A program made the position numbers and the translations under genes. A stretch of DNA of 63,810 bases, the filler included, from Octopus bimaculoides (taxonomy: Eukaryota), in assembly GCF_001194135.2 (NCBI RefSeq). It is 5 parts of 4 records of this genome, joined end to end, with 100 filler letters (N's around TTAATTAATTAA, not from the genome) between each part and the next. Parts side by side here need not be neighbours in the genome. Positions count along the whole stretch, not along the records: positions 8,833 to 27,809 come from NC_069001.1; positions 27,910 to 51,170 come from NC_068986.1; 3 more parts are not named here. One strand, written 5' to 3'. The notes beneath the pieces are model-generated. The model did not search any database, was not told where the DNA came from, and was given only the letters and a program-made list of their open reading frames with translations. Below are positions 23,394-36,713 of the stretch, piece after piece (positions within the stretch are counted from its first letter, which is position 1; every line of letters begins with the position of its first letter).

Positions 23394-24145
23394 NNNNNNN
23401 NNNNNNNNNNNNNNNNNNNNNNNNNNNNNNNNNNNNNNNNNNNNNNNNNNNNNNNNNNNNNNNNNNNNNNNNNNNNNNNNNNNNNNNNNNNNNNNNNNNN
23501 NNNNNNNNNNNNNNNNNNNNNNNNNNNNNNNNNNNNNNNNNNNNNNNNNNNNNNNNNNNNNNNNNNNNNNNNNNNNNNNNNNNNNNNNNNNNNNNNNNNN
23601 NNNNNNNNNNNNNNNNNNNNNNNNNNNNNNNNNNNNNNNNNNNNNNNNNNNNNNNNNNNNNNNNNNNNNNNNNNNNNNNNNNNNNNNNNNNNNNNNNNNN
23701 NNNNNNNNNNNNNNNNNNNNNNNNNNNNNNNNNNNNNNNNNNNNNNNNNNNNNNNNNNNNNNNNNNNNNNNNNNNNNNNNNNNNNNNNNNNNNNNNNNNN
23801 NNNNNNNNNNNNNNNNNNNNNNNNNNNNNNNNNNNNNNNNNNNNNNNNNNNNNNNNNNNNNNNNNNNNNNNNNNNNNNNNNNNNNNNNNNNNNNNNNNNN
23901 NNNNNNNNNNNNNNNNNNNNNNNNNNNNNNNNNNNNNNNNNNNNNNNNNNNAAATTATTGTTTTACTTTACTCATCACACTGAAATACAGAGTGCGTGTG
24001 AGTGCACGCGCGGTGTGTTTATGAGTGTGCTTGTGAGAGAAACAGACAGACAGACACACAGACAGAGACAGAAAGATATATAGACAGATAGATAAGTAGA
24101 GAAATACATTGAGACTGAAACAGATAGACAGATATAGATAGATTT

Positions 24146-24365
24146 AAGGCGGCGAGCTAGCAGAAACGTTAGCGCGCCGGGCGAAACGCTTAGCGGTATA
24201 TCATCTGCCGTTACGTTCTGAGTTCAAATTGCGCCGAGGTCGACTTTGCCTTTCATCCTTTCGGGGTCGATAAATTAAGTACCAGTTACGCACTGGGTTC
24301 GATGTAATCGACTTAATCCCTTTGTCTGTCCTTGTTTGTCCCCTTGAGGGCAATAAACAAATAAG
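24146..24365 (+). mobile_element. SINE family B copy
   Basis: Full unit. Other copies: 4835-5045(+), 21255-21640(-), 22385-22550(+), 23108-23337(-), 24865-25015(-), 43930-44100(-), 61395-61542(-). Confidence 0.85.
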
Positions 24366-25414
24366 ATAGATAGATAGATAGATAGATAGAAAGAGAGACA
24401 CACAAACATACAGAGACAGGTAGATAGATAGATAGATAGAGAGAGAGGGAGGGAGGGAGAACTAAGACAAACGTCAGGTGAAAAGTAAATGCGAATGCAA
24501 CGAATAGTGGGAAAATTAGCTGCTATTTATAGCGGGTCCTTCAGGAAAACCGTTGCACATTATGCAAATAGCTTCTCAAATCAACAGATATGATCTTACT
24601 CCTTATAAAACACAATAAATATCAAATCAGACTTAAAACAGAAGGAAAACAGGTGTTAGTGTTTGCGTCTGAGTTATGGAACCAGTAGGTGGAGAAGAAA
24701 GAACGAATTAAAAGAAAATGTCTTCGTTGAAAGAAATTGTGACCTTGTCCTACGAAATTGCTTTAAAGTTAAGCATAAACAAAATGGTAACCATCTCTTA
24801 TGGAGAAGTAATCGTTGGGCCTTGTCTCTGAATATTTGCAAGATGTTTTGGTGATAAAAATTATTAATTTCAAATTTTGGCACAAGGCCAGCAATTTGTG
24901 GGAGGGGATAAGACGATTACATCTACCCCAGTACTCGACTTGTACTCGTTCTATCGACCTCAAGAGGATGAAAGGTAAAGCTGACCTCGGCGGAATTTGA
25001 ACTCAGAACGTTAACGGACGAAGTGTCACTAAGCAGAGAAATGGTCTCTCACCTTCTACTACCTTTCCCTATTTAAAGCGTTTATGTTGTGTTCCATAAA
25101 ACGTACCGACCTTGAGTTGTAATGTCGAAACACATACATTGTTTCCATACAGTAATTTCAATGCCTTCTACCTATGTTGTGCTCAATAATTATGAACTAC
25201 TCTCATAATATTATCTAGCATGTTATATTACAGAAGATTTCTAACAATTATATTTGTTGTTCCATTAAATCAATTAATGTATACAAATGTAAATATAAAC
25301 AACACAACTATAAACAAATATAAACACTAAACATTAATTGTTGGGTAATTCATGTTTTAGAACACAGCCTCTTACCTCTGCCTCTTGCTTCTACCTAATT
25401 ACTATGACTAACCC

Positions 25415-26075
25415 CAAACGCTAATGAATCTAGAACAATCCTCCAAGACCGTATTGTAACTTGCGATGAAAAGTGGTTGGACCAAAATGAAGCACCAAAA
25501 ATCTTCCCTAAACCCAAGCTCTTCAAAAGAAAGGTTATGGTGACTGTTTGGTGGTGTACTGCTGGACTCATCCACTATAGCTTATCAAAACCAGGAAAAA
25601 GCATTACTGCAGAAACAGACTGCCATGAAATTGCCAAAGTGAAAGAAAAACTGCTACTCCTCTGTCCCAGACTGGTCGACAGAAGAGGGCTAATCATTCT
25701 TCACGACAATGCTCAACCAAGCGTTTCACTAATGACGTTCCAGAAATTGAGTGAACTTGGCCACAAAGTTCTTCCCCACCCAGATTATTCCCTAGACTTT
25801 TCTCCTACCGATTACCACTTTTTCAAGCACCTTGATGGTTTCCTGCGAGAGAAGGAGTTCAAAAATAAAACCGATGTTGAAAGTGCGTTCAAAGAGTTCA
25901 TCAGCTCCAGAACTCCAAATTTTTATGATATCGGAATAATCAAGCTTGTAACTCGTTGGCAAAAATGTGTCGATAGTAATGGTGCTTACTTTGATGAATA
26001 AAATTTCCGGATTGTTGAAATATATTGTGATGAATTTCATGTTTCAAAACGTTGCTTACTTTTTACTCAGTCTGA
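25415..26075 (+). mobile_element. Mariner DD34D transposase 3' part (Hsmar1/cecropia-like) with right TIR
   Basis: IVTCDEKW...KVMVTVWW...ILHDNA-x34-SPTDYHFF...RWQKCVDSNGAYFDE*. TIR-like aaaacgttgcttactttttactcagtctga followed by TA at about 26046-26077. Confidence 0.9.
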
Positions 26076-26149
26076 TATATGTGTGCGTGTGTATGTGTGT
26101 GAGTGTGCGTGCGCACACACACACACATGCACACACACACACACGCATA

Positions 26150-26343
26150 CAGTAATCCATTGCCATATCGCGGTTTATCTATCGTGGATTTTTTCTGGCT
26201 AATATATGTAAATTTATATCACGGTCTCCACAGTATATCCGGGTTTCTACGGCCGACAGGTATTTATATATTTTTTTAAAGATTTTAATTATTTCTGTGG
26301 GAGGTTTCGGAATATAACACCCGCGATAGTCGAGGGATTACTG
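26150..26343. mobile_element. Tigger-type MITE
   Basis: TIRs CAGTAATCCattgccaTATCGCGG and CCGCGATAgtcgagGGATTACTG, with TA on the left; 194 bp non-coding. Confidence 0.75.
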
Positions 26344-27489
26344 AATACACACACACTGCTGAATAATAATACGGAAATATATATACTCATGTTTTTATCA
26401 CCTAACTTATATAAATACATTAAGAGAGAGGGAGAGAGTGGAAGAAAGAGGGAGAAAAGACAGAGAGAGAGAGAGACAAAGAAAGAGAGAATAATTAAAA
26501 ATGTAAAGATACCAAAATAGTTGTATGAACATATGTTATATAAGAACTGATTCGTGTTACATGTTGTGTGACGTATGTGAAGACATGTGTGAAAACAAAA
26601 CTGACGCATTGGAATGTAAAATGGTACTCTGGACTCTTGAGTCACTCCTGTAGCTTCCCAGTTAATAAACTAAACACAGCTATGTATGTGTGTATGTGTA
26701 TGGATGATTGTATGTATGTGTGTATGTATCTATAGATGGATGTAAGATGCCTGTATGCATGTATGTAGTATGTGTGTGCGTGTGTGTGTATGTGTGCGTG
26801 TGTGTACGTATGGATGTATGCATAGATGAATGTTTAAATGTATGCATGAGACTGAGAGATGGAGAGAGAGAGAGAGACAGAGAGAGAGAGACAGAGACAG
26901 AGAGGGAGTAACAGAGAGAGAGAGAGACAGAGACGAAGAGACAGAGACAGAGAGAGAGGCTGAGACAGACAGAAAAAGGTGGGAGCGATTATAAAATTGG
27001 GTATATATATATATATATGTATGTCTGTGTGTAGTGTATGTATGTACACACGCACACATACACACACACACACCACTCCTTCACGCTTAAGGATGAGCCG
27101 TTCAAGAGATAATATGATAACTACGTAACATGTGTGGATTCGCATGTGACTATATAGGCCAATGCCGGATTCCTAACTGCATAACTGGAGAAGAAGAACG
27201 CTTGTTGTCTCGCAATAAAAAGAGACGAGCAAGGTGTCGGCCACTCCGTGTTGCTTTCATCATTACTTTTACGATCTATCTTGCCTTGTGCCAAAATTAG
27301 AAAGAAGTATTTTGGCGATCTGTGGTGCGTACTGTCTTCTATCTTGGAGGTTCTCTCTACTTAAGTCTGTTTTGTACATCAGCGGTCAACGACCTTTCTT
27401 GGTCCCACGGACCGAGGGCTAACGAACACAACAAAATACAATAAAGTGCGTAATATGTAATTTAATTATCTCATATATAATACATATTA

Positions 27490-27809
27490 CTTATATTGGC
27501 ACTCCGTCTCTTACGACGTCGAGGGTTCCAGTTGATCCGATCAACGGAACAGCCTGCTCGTGAAATTAACGTGCAAGTGGCTGAGCACTCCACAGACATG
27601 TGTACCCTTAACGTAGTTCTCGGGAGATATTCAGCGTGACACAGTGTGTGACAAGGCTGACCCTTTGAATTACAGGCACAACAGAAACAGGAAGTAAGAG
27701 TGAGAGAAAGTTGTGGTGAAAGAGTACAGCAGGGTTCGCCACCATCCCCTGCCGGAGCCTCGTGGAGCTTTTAGGTGTTTTCGCTCAATAAACACTCACA
27801 ACGCCCAAT
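27490..27809 (-). mobile_element. SINE-like family C (head lost in a gap)
   Basis: Shares acagaaacaggaag.aagag...agttgtggt with 8960-9000; abuts a microsatellite and a gap; non-coding. Confidence 0.6.
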
Positions 27810-28289
27810 NNNNNNNNNNNNNNNNNNNNNNNNNNNNNNNNNNNNNNNNNNNNTTAATTAATTAANNNNNNNNNNNNNNNNNNNNNNNNNNNNNNNNNNN
27901 NNNNNNNNNATATATATATATATATATATAAGTGAAGGGTATAGCGTAAGATATAACGTTTCTTCCATGGTTGATAATTGCTTCAACAACAATTTGCCTT
28001 GACGACAAGTACATCATATCAAGTCATCCCATCCGGCATTTCTCACATTGTTGCCACGACTTATTCTAATTGTAATACCACGACAAATACCATTACTACA
28101 CGTATCATTAACAACGAAGACACACACCCACGCACACACACACACTCGTTGGTCACTGGATATGTTAGAAATAGGAGTTAAATTACTGTCAATAGAAGAC
28201 ACTTTGAATTAGTCAGTTTAGACCAGTGCACATTACACATAATAGAGGTGGGATGGTCAAGGCTTGGTCGGTTTCCGTTCAGCATAGTT

Positions 28290-30095
28290 GGTGCTTTCGG
28301 CACTTCTACCGCTGCCACCACTACCACCACTATTATTACTACCACCACCACCACACCACCACCACCACTGCCACGAAAGTCAACGCGGCTCCTCAACACC
28401 ACAACCACCAAAGTCATGATCTGTGCACCTATCACAGCACTACCACCACCACAGCCACCGTCACCACCATCACCACTATCTCTACTACTATCATCACTAC
28501 TATTATCACCACCACTACCACCACCACCATCACCACTATGAACACTACCGACTACAGCAACAATTCGCCACTACAACATTAGCCACCACAACACCCTACG
28601 CCGACCGCCACCACGACCCCCATGACCATCACCCACACTTACTAGAAGCACCATCGAGAACATCACGACCTCGACCACGACCACTACCACCACCACCATC
28701 ACCACCATCACCACCACCACCGTCACCACCAAACACCACTAACACCAGTACCATCACTACCACTACCAGTACCAGCATCATTGCTCTGCTNNNNNNNNNN
28801 NNNNNNNNNNNNNNNNNNNNNNNNNNNNNNNNNNNNNNNNNNNNNNNNNNNNNNNNNNNNNNNNNNNNNNNNNNNNNNNNNNNNNNNNNNNNNNNNNNNN
28901 NNNNNNNNNNNNNNNNNNNNNNNNNNNNNNNNNNNNNNNNNNNNNNNNNNNNNNNNNNNNNNNNNNNNNNNNNNNNNNNNNNNNNNNNNNNNNNNNNNNN
29001 NNNNNNNNNNNNNNNNNNNNNNNNNNNNNNNNNNNNNNNNNNNNNNNNNNNNNNNNNNNNNNNNNNNNNNNNNNNNNNNNNNNNNNNNNNNNNNNNNNNN
29101 NNNNNNNNNNNNNNNNNNNNNNNNNNNNNNNNNNNNNNNNNNNNNNNNNNNNNNNNNNNNNNNNNNNNNNNNNNNNNNNNNNNNNNNNNNNNNNNNNNNN
29201 NNNNNNNNNNNNNNNNNNNNNNNNNNNNNNNNNNNNNNNNNNNNNNNNNNNNNNNNNNNNNNNNNNNNNNNNNNNNNNNNNNNNNNNNNNNNNNNNNNNN
29301 NNNNNNNNNNNNNNNNNNNNNNNNNNNNNNNNNNNNNNNNNNNNNNNNNNNNNNNNNNNNNNNNNNNNNNNNNNNNNNNNNNNNNNNNNNNNNNNNNNNN
29401 NNNNNNNNNNNNNNNNNNNNNNNNNNNNNNNNNNNNNNNNNNNNNNNNNNNNNGCTACACTCACACTGCCACACTCACACCGCCACACTTACACCTCCAC
29501 ACTCACGCCACCCACACTCACACCGCCACACTCACACCACCACACTCACACCGCCACACTCACACTGCCACACTCACACCGCCACACTCACACCACCACC
29601 ACACTACCAATAGCTCCGCCGCGAACATAGCCTCAATACCAACCTCATCAGCACGACACTCCGTGGCGCTTTCACCACCGCCACCCTCACTATCACCCCC
29701 TTCTACCATCACCATCATCACTATCACCATTACCGCCATCATTACCACCGCCCTTAACACTCCTTCACCATCACTAGCACCACCGCTTCCATCAACTCTA
29801 CCACCACCTCTACCACCACTACAATCCCCATCATCGTCATTATCATCGTCATTATCATCATCATCACCACCACCATTTTCGTCGTCACTATAACCATTAC
29901 CGCCGCATCACTAACGTACTATCACCATCACCACTACCATAACCTTCACCGTCAGCAGCACTACCACAACCACCACCACAACCATCACCGCTACTACCTC
30001 CAGAAGCACCACAAGCACCACCAGTACCACTACCATCATCATCATCTTCATCATCATCATCATCGTCATCAGTAGCGTCCCCACCGCTAACTAGC
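28290..30095. repeat. (CAC/ACC/CAT)n low-complexity region with a ~14-16-bp minisatellite at 29455-29610
   Basis: Long imperfect trinucleotide tracts and repeated cacactcacaccgc units; internal gap. Confidence 0.85.
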
Positions 30096-31399
30096 ACCAG
30101 CTCTCCATATCTTGTCCTAATAAGGCCATCAACGTAACGGCTGGCACGGTTCGCTGCACAGGCAAATGGTCCGATGTGAATTGTTTAACCAGCTGACCAA
30201 CGCCGCTTATTTAACAACGGTCTTATACTTGCCGCTCTCGTTCTAGCTGATTAGTATCAATATATGACAGTATTAGCGGGCTAAACGGGGGTGCGACAGC
30301 GGCAGCGGCTCGGGCGGTGAAGGATAGAGTTACAGTGGTGGTGGTTGTGGTGGTGGTGGGAGGAGAGTCATCACTTCATAATTTATTCCTGTTATTATTT
30401 GTTGTCGATGTTCGTTTGTTTTCTCTCTTTTTCTCTCCCCCTCTCTTTCTCTCTCTCTCTCTCTCTNNNNNNNNNNNNNNNNNNNNNNNNNNNNNNNNNN
30501 NNNNNNNNNNNNNNNNNNNNNNNNNNNNNNNNNNNNNNNNNNNNNNNNNNNNNNNNNNNNNNNNNNNNNNNNNNNNNNNNNNNNNNNNNNNNNNNNNNNN
30601 NNNNNNNNNNNNNNNNNNNNNNNNNNNNNNNNNNNNNNNNNNNNNNNNNNNNNNNNNNNNNNNNNNNNNNNNNNNNNNNNNNNNNNNNNNNNNNNNNNNN
30701 NNNNNNNNNNNNNNNNNNNNNNNNNNNNNNNNNNNNNNNNNNNNNNNNNNNNNNNNNNNNNNNNNNNNNNNNNNNNNNNNNNNNNNNNNNNNNNNNNNNN
30801 NNNNNNNNNNNNNNNNNNNNNNNNNNNNNNNNNNNNNNNNNNNNNNNNNNNNNNNNNNNNNNNNNNNNNNNNNNNNNNNNNNNNNNNNNNNNNNNNNNNN
30901 NNNNNNNNNNNNNNNNNNNNNNNNNNNNNNNNNNNNNNNNNNNNNNNNNNNNNNNNNNNNNNNNNNNNNNNNNNNNNNNNNNNNNNNNNNNNNNNNNNNN
31001 NNNNNNNNNNNNNNNNNNNNNNNNNNNNNNNNNNNNNNNNNNNNNNNNNNNNNNNNNNNNNNNNNNNNNNNNNNNNNNNNNNNNNNNNNNNNNNNNNNNN
31101 NNNNNNNNNNNNNNNNNNNNNNNNNNNNNNNNNNNNNNNNNNNNNNNNNNNNNNNNNNNNNNNNNNNNNNNNNNNNNNNNNNNNNNNNNNNNNNNNNNNN
31201 NNNNNNNNNNNNNNNNNNNNNNNNNNNNNNNNNNNNNNNNNNNNNNNNNNNNNNNNNNNNNNNNNNNNNNNNNNNNNNNNNNNNNNNNNNNNNNNNNNNN
31301 NNNNNNNNNNNNNNNNNNNNNNNNNNNNNNNNNNNNNNNNNNNNNNNNNNNNNNNNNNNNNNNNNNNNNNNNNNNNNNNNNNNNNNNNNNNNNNNNNNN

Positions 31400-31473
<74 letters not shown>

Positions 31474-31755
31474 ATTTCTATGTATGCAGGCCTTTTTCAA
31501 AGAGGGTGGAGCAGAAGAAAATAGAGGGAGCGAAAACCAACCCACTTTAATGGCCACCGCTGATTACTTCCCCTGCCAACTCCACTACCCGCCATAACGT
31601 TTTAGATCGATGGTTAAAATGGCAACTATTAATTTACGTGTCTCTTCCGGAATAGTTTTGTATCTTCTTTACCGACAACTCATTCACTGCGTCCATTCTC
31701 TCTCTGTCTCTCCCTCTCTCTTTCTCTCTCTCTCTCTCTGTCTCTATCTATCTTC

Positions 31756-31800
<45 letters not shown>

Positions 31801-32887
31801 AATCGGTCTGTCTGCCTGTCTGTCTGTTTCTATCGTTTCTTTATTTTGTGTTATTCTATTCTCACTTTCTCCCTCTTTCTCGTTTGTTTACTCATTCTTC
31901 CCTTCTCTTTTCCTCTTTATATATATGTATATCTATCAATTGTTCTTTCTCTTTCGCGCGTGTGTACACACACACACACTTACACACACATAAAAACGCT
32001 CACTCACTCACTTGTTCTTTTCAACACCGAATTCCTCTCTCCTCAGTGTCTTTCAAACCTTTTTTATTATTTTCCGTTATGGCACACGCCTATATATATA
32101 TATATATATATNNNNNNNNNNNNNNNNNNNNNNNNNNNNNNNNNNNNNNNNNNNNNNNNNNNNNNNNNNNNNNNNNNNNNNNNNNNNNNNNNNNNNNNNN
32201 NNNNNNNNNNNNNNNNNNNNNNNNNNNNNNNNNNNNNNNNNNNNNNNNNNNNNNNNNNNNNNNNNNNNNNNNNNNNNNNNNNNNNNNNNNNNNNNNNNNN
32301 NNNNNNNNNNNNNNNNNNNNNNNNNNNNNNNNNNNNNNNNNNNNNNNNNNNNNNNNNNNNNNNNNNNNNNNNNNNNNNNNNNNNNNNNNNNNNNNNNNNN
32401 NNNNNNNNNNNNNNNNNNNNNNNNNNNNNNNNNNNNNNNNNNNNNNNNNNNNNNNNNNNNNNNNNNNNNNNNNNNNNNNNNNNNNNNNNNNNNNNNNNNN
32501 NNNNNNNNNNNNNNNNNNNNNNNNNNNNNNNNNNNNNNNNNNNNNNNNNNNNNNNNNNNNNNNNNNNNNNNNNNNNNNNNNNNNNNNNNNNNNNNNNNNN
32601 NNNNNNNNNNNNNNNNNNNNNNNNNNNNNNNNNNNNNNNNNNNNNNNNNNNNNTATACACACACATAAATATATTCATACACAAATACACATGCATACAT
32701 ACATACATACATACATACCTGTACACATATATGCATATATATACGGATGTACACTTATGCATACACGCATGCATACATACTACACAAGCACACGCACACG
32801 CACACATAATAGGTGAATGCTAGATATGCTCAGAATAGAAAACACGTGGTAGAGCTCAATATATATATATATATATATACATACACA

Positions 32888-33769
32888 CGAAGTCTGATTA
32901 ATAAGTACCTGGACTGTTGCCACAGTAACGAAGCTACAGCAAGCAGAGTGAAGCCGCTTGACAAAGACTGACCTTGAACTCTGATGTGCATGCGCTGAAA
33001 GCTTTAACGTTCTAGTTTGCTTCCGCTGTCTACAACAGTGCTTGGAAGGAAGGTGCGTGACGTGTGATCGTCGCATTGACCATGACACAGAAAGTTGTCA
33101 TGGAGATATTTGCTCAAAGGCTTATGTACAGTTACAGAAAGTGTATGGAGAGGAGTGTATGAGCCGCACACAAGTGTACGAGTGGCTCAGACGTTTCTAA
33201 GTTGGCTGAAAAAATGTCGACATTGACGAATGTTGTGGGAGGCCCGCAACCAAAAGAATTGAGTAAAACATCGCAGATGTGCTTCCAGCTATGAAGGTAA
33301 ATCGTCGAATCACCATCCGCGAGTTATCAGAGGATGTGCATATTAGTTACGGTTCAGTTCAGTCCATTATCACTGAAGATTTGAGTATGAGACGCATGTC
33401 AGCCAAATTTATGCTAAAACTGCTTTCAGCTGACCAAGAAGACACTCGGATTTCAGTTGCACAATATCTCCTTGATTGTGTCGAGAACGATGAAAACTTT
33501 TTCAAAACTTTGCGTAGGCCTCTGAGCAGGTATCACTAAGCTTTTGGCAAAATTTGATGCAGATTATCTGCTCAACCTTCTCTGTCGTAGTGAATGCGAC
33601 ACGCGTTACTTCCAAGCAATATTGTAAACAGCGGAAGTGAGTTATAACGTTAAAACTTACTGCGCATGCATAGCAGAGTTCAAGGTCAATCTGTACCAAG
33701 CGGCTTTACTCTGCGTACTTTAGCTTTGTTTCTATGACAACAGTCCGGATATTTATTAATCAGACCACG
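32888..33769 (+). mobile_element. Mariner derivative with two inverted 5' ends
   Basis: Decayed N-terminal HTH (QLQKVYGEECMSRTQVYEW...GRP...NRRITIRELSEDVHISYGSVQSIITEDL.MRRMSAKF). 33520-33769 is an inverted, diverged copy of the left end including the first transposase codons (EQIICIKFCQKL). Confidence 0.8.
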
Positions 33770-33782
33770 TATATTGATCAGA

Positions 33783-33883
<101 letters not shown>

Positions 33884-34555
33884 CACACACACACACACGC
33901 ACGCACACACACAATACGGTGGTAATCACATAATTGCTGCTATAGTTATAGTATCAGGCTACAAACCACATGGTAAACAATTATATTTGAAGTGTTATGT
34001 AGAGTCCTCTGCAGTTTAAATCCAGCAAATCTAATCAGTGATTATTTGATAATGAGTATATAGAATATTAAAAAAAACGTCAGGTGGTGTCAAATTAGTA
34101 CATTTATTTCACTAGTTGATATTCATAGGATTACGATCGTTTCGCAGCCAGCATCATGTAAATTATACACTACAATAAATTATTTTACATCTCTGAATTA
34201 GTGAGCATGTTATAAATTGTATAGAACCATTGCACATTTTACAAACGAATGCAGGTAGAGAAGGCTAGCTCATCAGATCATGGTTACATCTATGGTTTCA
34301 ACTCCAGGAAACACAAACAACTGGAATGTCTTCTCCACCTCACACTTCAGTATTTATAATGTGGCAACGGTATCACTCCTCTATACATTTTCTATCTCAT
34401 TTCCCAATTTCACCACAATCCCGCTCTCTCTGTCACCCACTTTTCTGTCTCTCCCTCTTCTCTCTTATAGTTTCCCTCTGTCATGCTATGTCTCTTCCCC
34501 TTTCATTATTTCTCTTCCTCTATCTTTCTGTTTCTAGCTTATGTTTGTCTCACTT

Positions 34556-34587
<32 letters not shown>

Positions 34588-35012
34588 TGCATGCATGCAA
34601 TTATACTTCACTCTGATTCTCCCTTTCTGTGAGTCTATTACCTTTTCTCTTTATATCTGTGTTTTTTCTCAGGCAAACAGACCAATGACTTCATTTGACT
34701 GTCTGTCTGTCTGTCCATTTTGCTTCCCTAAATATCTCTTGTATTTCGTTTATATTCGTCCGTCTCTCTCTATTTCGTTTGCCTACTTCTCCCTATTTCG
34801 GTGACTGTTTTACTGTGAAACCACACACCCCTCTCTCTCTCTTTCTCCCTATCTCTCTCTCCTCTCTCCCTATCTCTCTCTCCTCCCTCCCTCCTTCTGC
34901 CTTTCTCTTTTCTCTTTTTTCAGTTTTTCTCACTCTTTAACAGTATATGAACGCCTGAATATGTACATCTATCTATCTATCTATCTATCTTATCTATCTA
35001 CCTATCTATCTA

Positions 35013-35069
<57 letters not shown>

Positions 35070-35519
35070 TTGTCCATTTATTGGTGTAGCTGTCGGTCTG
35101 TCTGCCTGCCTTTCTGCTTGTCTGCATGATTGTCATTCTGCCTCTCCGTTTACGCAATTTATCCTTGGTTAACAAACAGATGTGGGCAGCCTACGTAGAT
35201 TGACTCAGAATATATGATTGCGATAGANNNNNNNNNNNNNNNNNNNNNNNNNNNNNNNNNNNNNNNNNNNNNNNNNNNNNNNNNNNNNNNNNNNNNNNNN
35301 NNNNNNNNNNNNNNNNNNNNNNNNNNNNNNNNNNNNNNNNNNNNNNNNNNNNNNNNNNNNNNNNNNNNNNNNNNNNNNNNNNNNNNNNNNNNNNNNNNNN
35401 NNNNNNNNNNNNNNNNNNNNNNNNNNNNNNNNNNNNNNNNNNNNNNNNNNNNNNNNNNNNNNNNNNNNNNNNNNNNNNNNNNNNNNNNNNNNNNNNNNNN
35501 NNNNNNNNNNNNNNTGTGA

Positions 35520-35585
<66 letters not shown>

Positions 35586-35844
35586 ACAAGATTGTAGAAG
35601 GCGAGAGAAAATTAGGGACAGATAAATCAAACAGAAACAACTGATAGATTGATAAATAGAGAGAGAGAGATAAAGAGAAAGAAAGTGAGAGAAAAAGAGG
35701 AAGAGAAAGAAAGAGAGGAGAAATTGAAATAGAAAGAAAAAGAGAGTGAACATGAAGGTAAGAGAAAGAGAAGACAGTGAAATCGGAAAGACTGAGAGAG
35801 AATGAAAGAAAGAAAGAAACGCCGGTGCGAACGAGCGTGAAAGC

Positions 35845-35906
<62 letters not shown>

Positions 35907-36179
35907 GAGACAGACAGACAGAGACAGAGACAGAGAGGGGGGAAGTCAGAAGAGACTGCAGGGAAAGAAAGAGTAAGATCGAAGGAAGAAATGAAAAGAA
36001 ACTAAACCGATAGATGGAGCCATGGTCCGCTCAACGGCAATACCAATATGGCAGAATTGCCAAAAGGTCTTTTTAGTGAAGGCAAACTCTAAAACGTTTT
36101 ATGCATGAGGGAAGCACATAACAATGATGAATTGCTCCTAGATTTGAACTTGTCGCATCGCTGCACAGAGTGTTGGCCG

Positions 36180-36260
36180 AAATAAAATGGAAGTCATCTT
36201 GCTATTTGTATCGCCATCTTGGATGCACGTTAATTTATGTCGGTCACGTGACGCGTCCAA
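36180..36260. promoter_or_regulatory. Promoter-like motif cluster (YY1 and CLEAR/E-box)
   Basis: CGCCATCTT at 36212-36220, palindrome GTCACGTGAC at 36243-36252 and AAAATGG near 36184, in a CpG-containing unique island. Confidence 0.3.
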
Positions 36261-36418
36261 CCTACCACAATTTCAAGCAGATCTGTGGTCAGTAATAAGC
36301 TTGAGAATGGTCGGCCTAAATGCGTGTATATGTGCAACGTATGCGTGTACATGTTAATATGTCTTGTGAATATAGTTGACACGTGTGTGTGTGTTGTGTG
36401 TATGTGTGTGCTTATATG

Positions 36419-36479
<61 letters not shown>

Positions 36480-36639
36480 GGCTGGGTATATTTACCAGTA
36501 TGCGTGGTATATGTGGATGTATATACGAATATTAATCGCACACGTGAGTATGTATATGAGTGCACGTGTGTGTGCGAATATAATCGAACAGGTCGCTCTA
36601 AACCTGTGTCTGTGCCAACATGTATGTTTAATATAATCG

Positions 36640-36670
<31 letters not shown>

Positions 36671-36713
36671 ATCCATCTATACACACAAACTCACACACAC
36701 ATGCACACATGTA

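Noticed and set aside
28226-30097. His/Pro/Thr-rich ORFs
   Set aside because: All frames are open only because of (CAC/ACC)n repeats and Ns; no splice or domain support.
34230-34277. CTGATGAG on the minus strand (also CTGATGAA near 55595)
   Set aside because: No stem II, GAAA or cleavage triplet follows.
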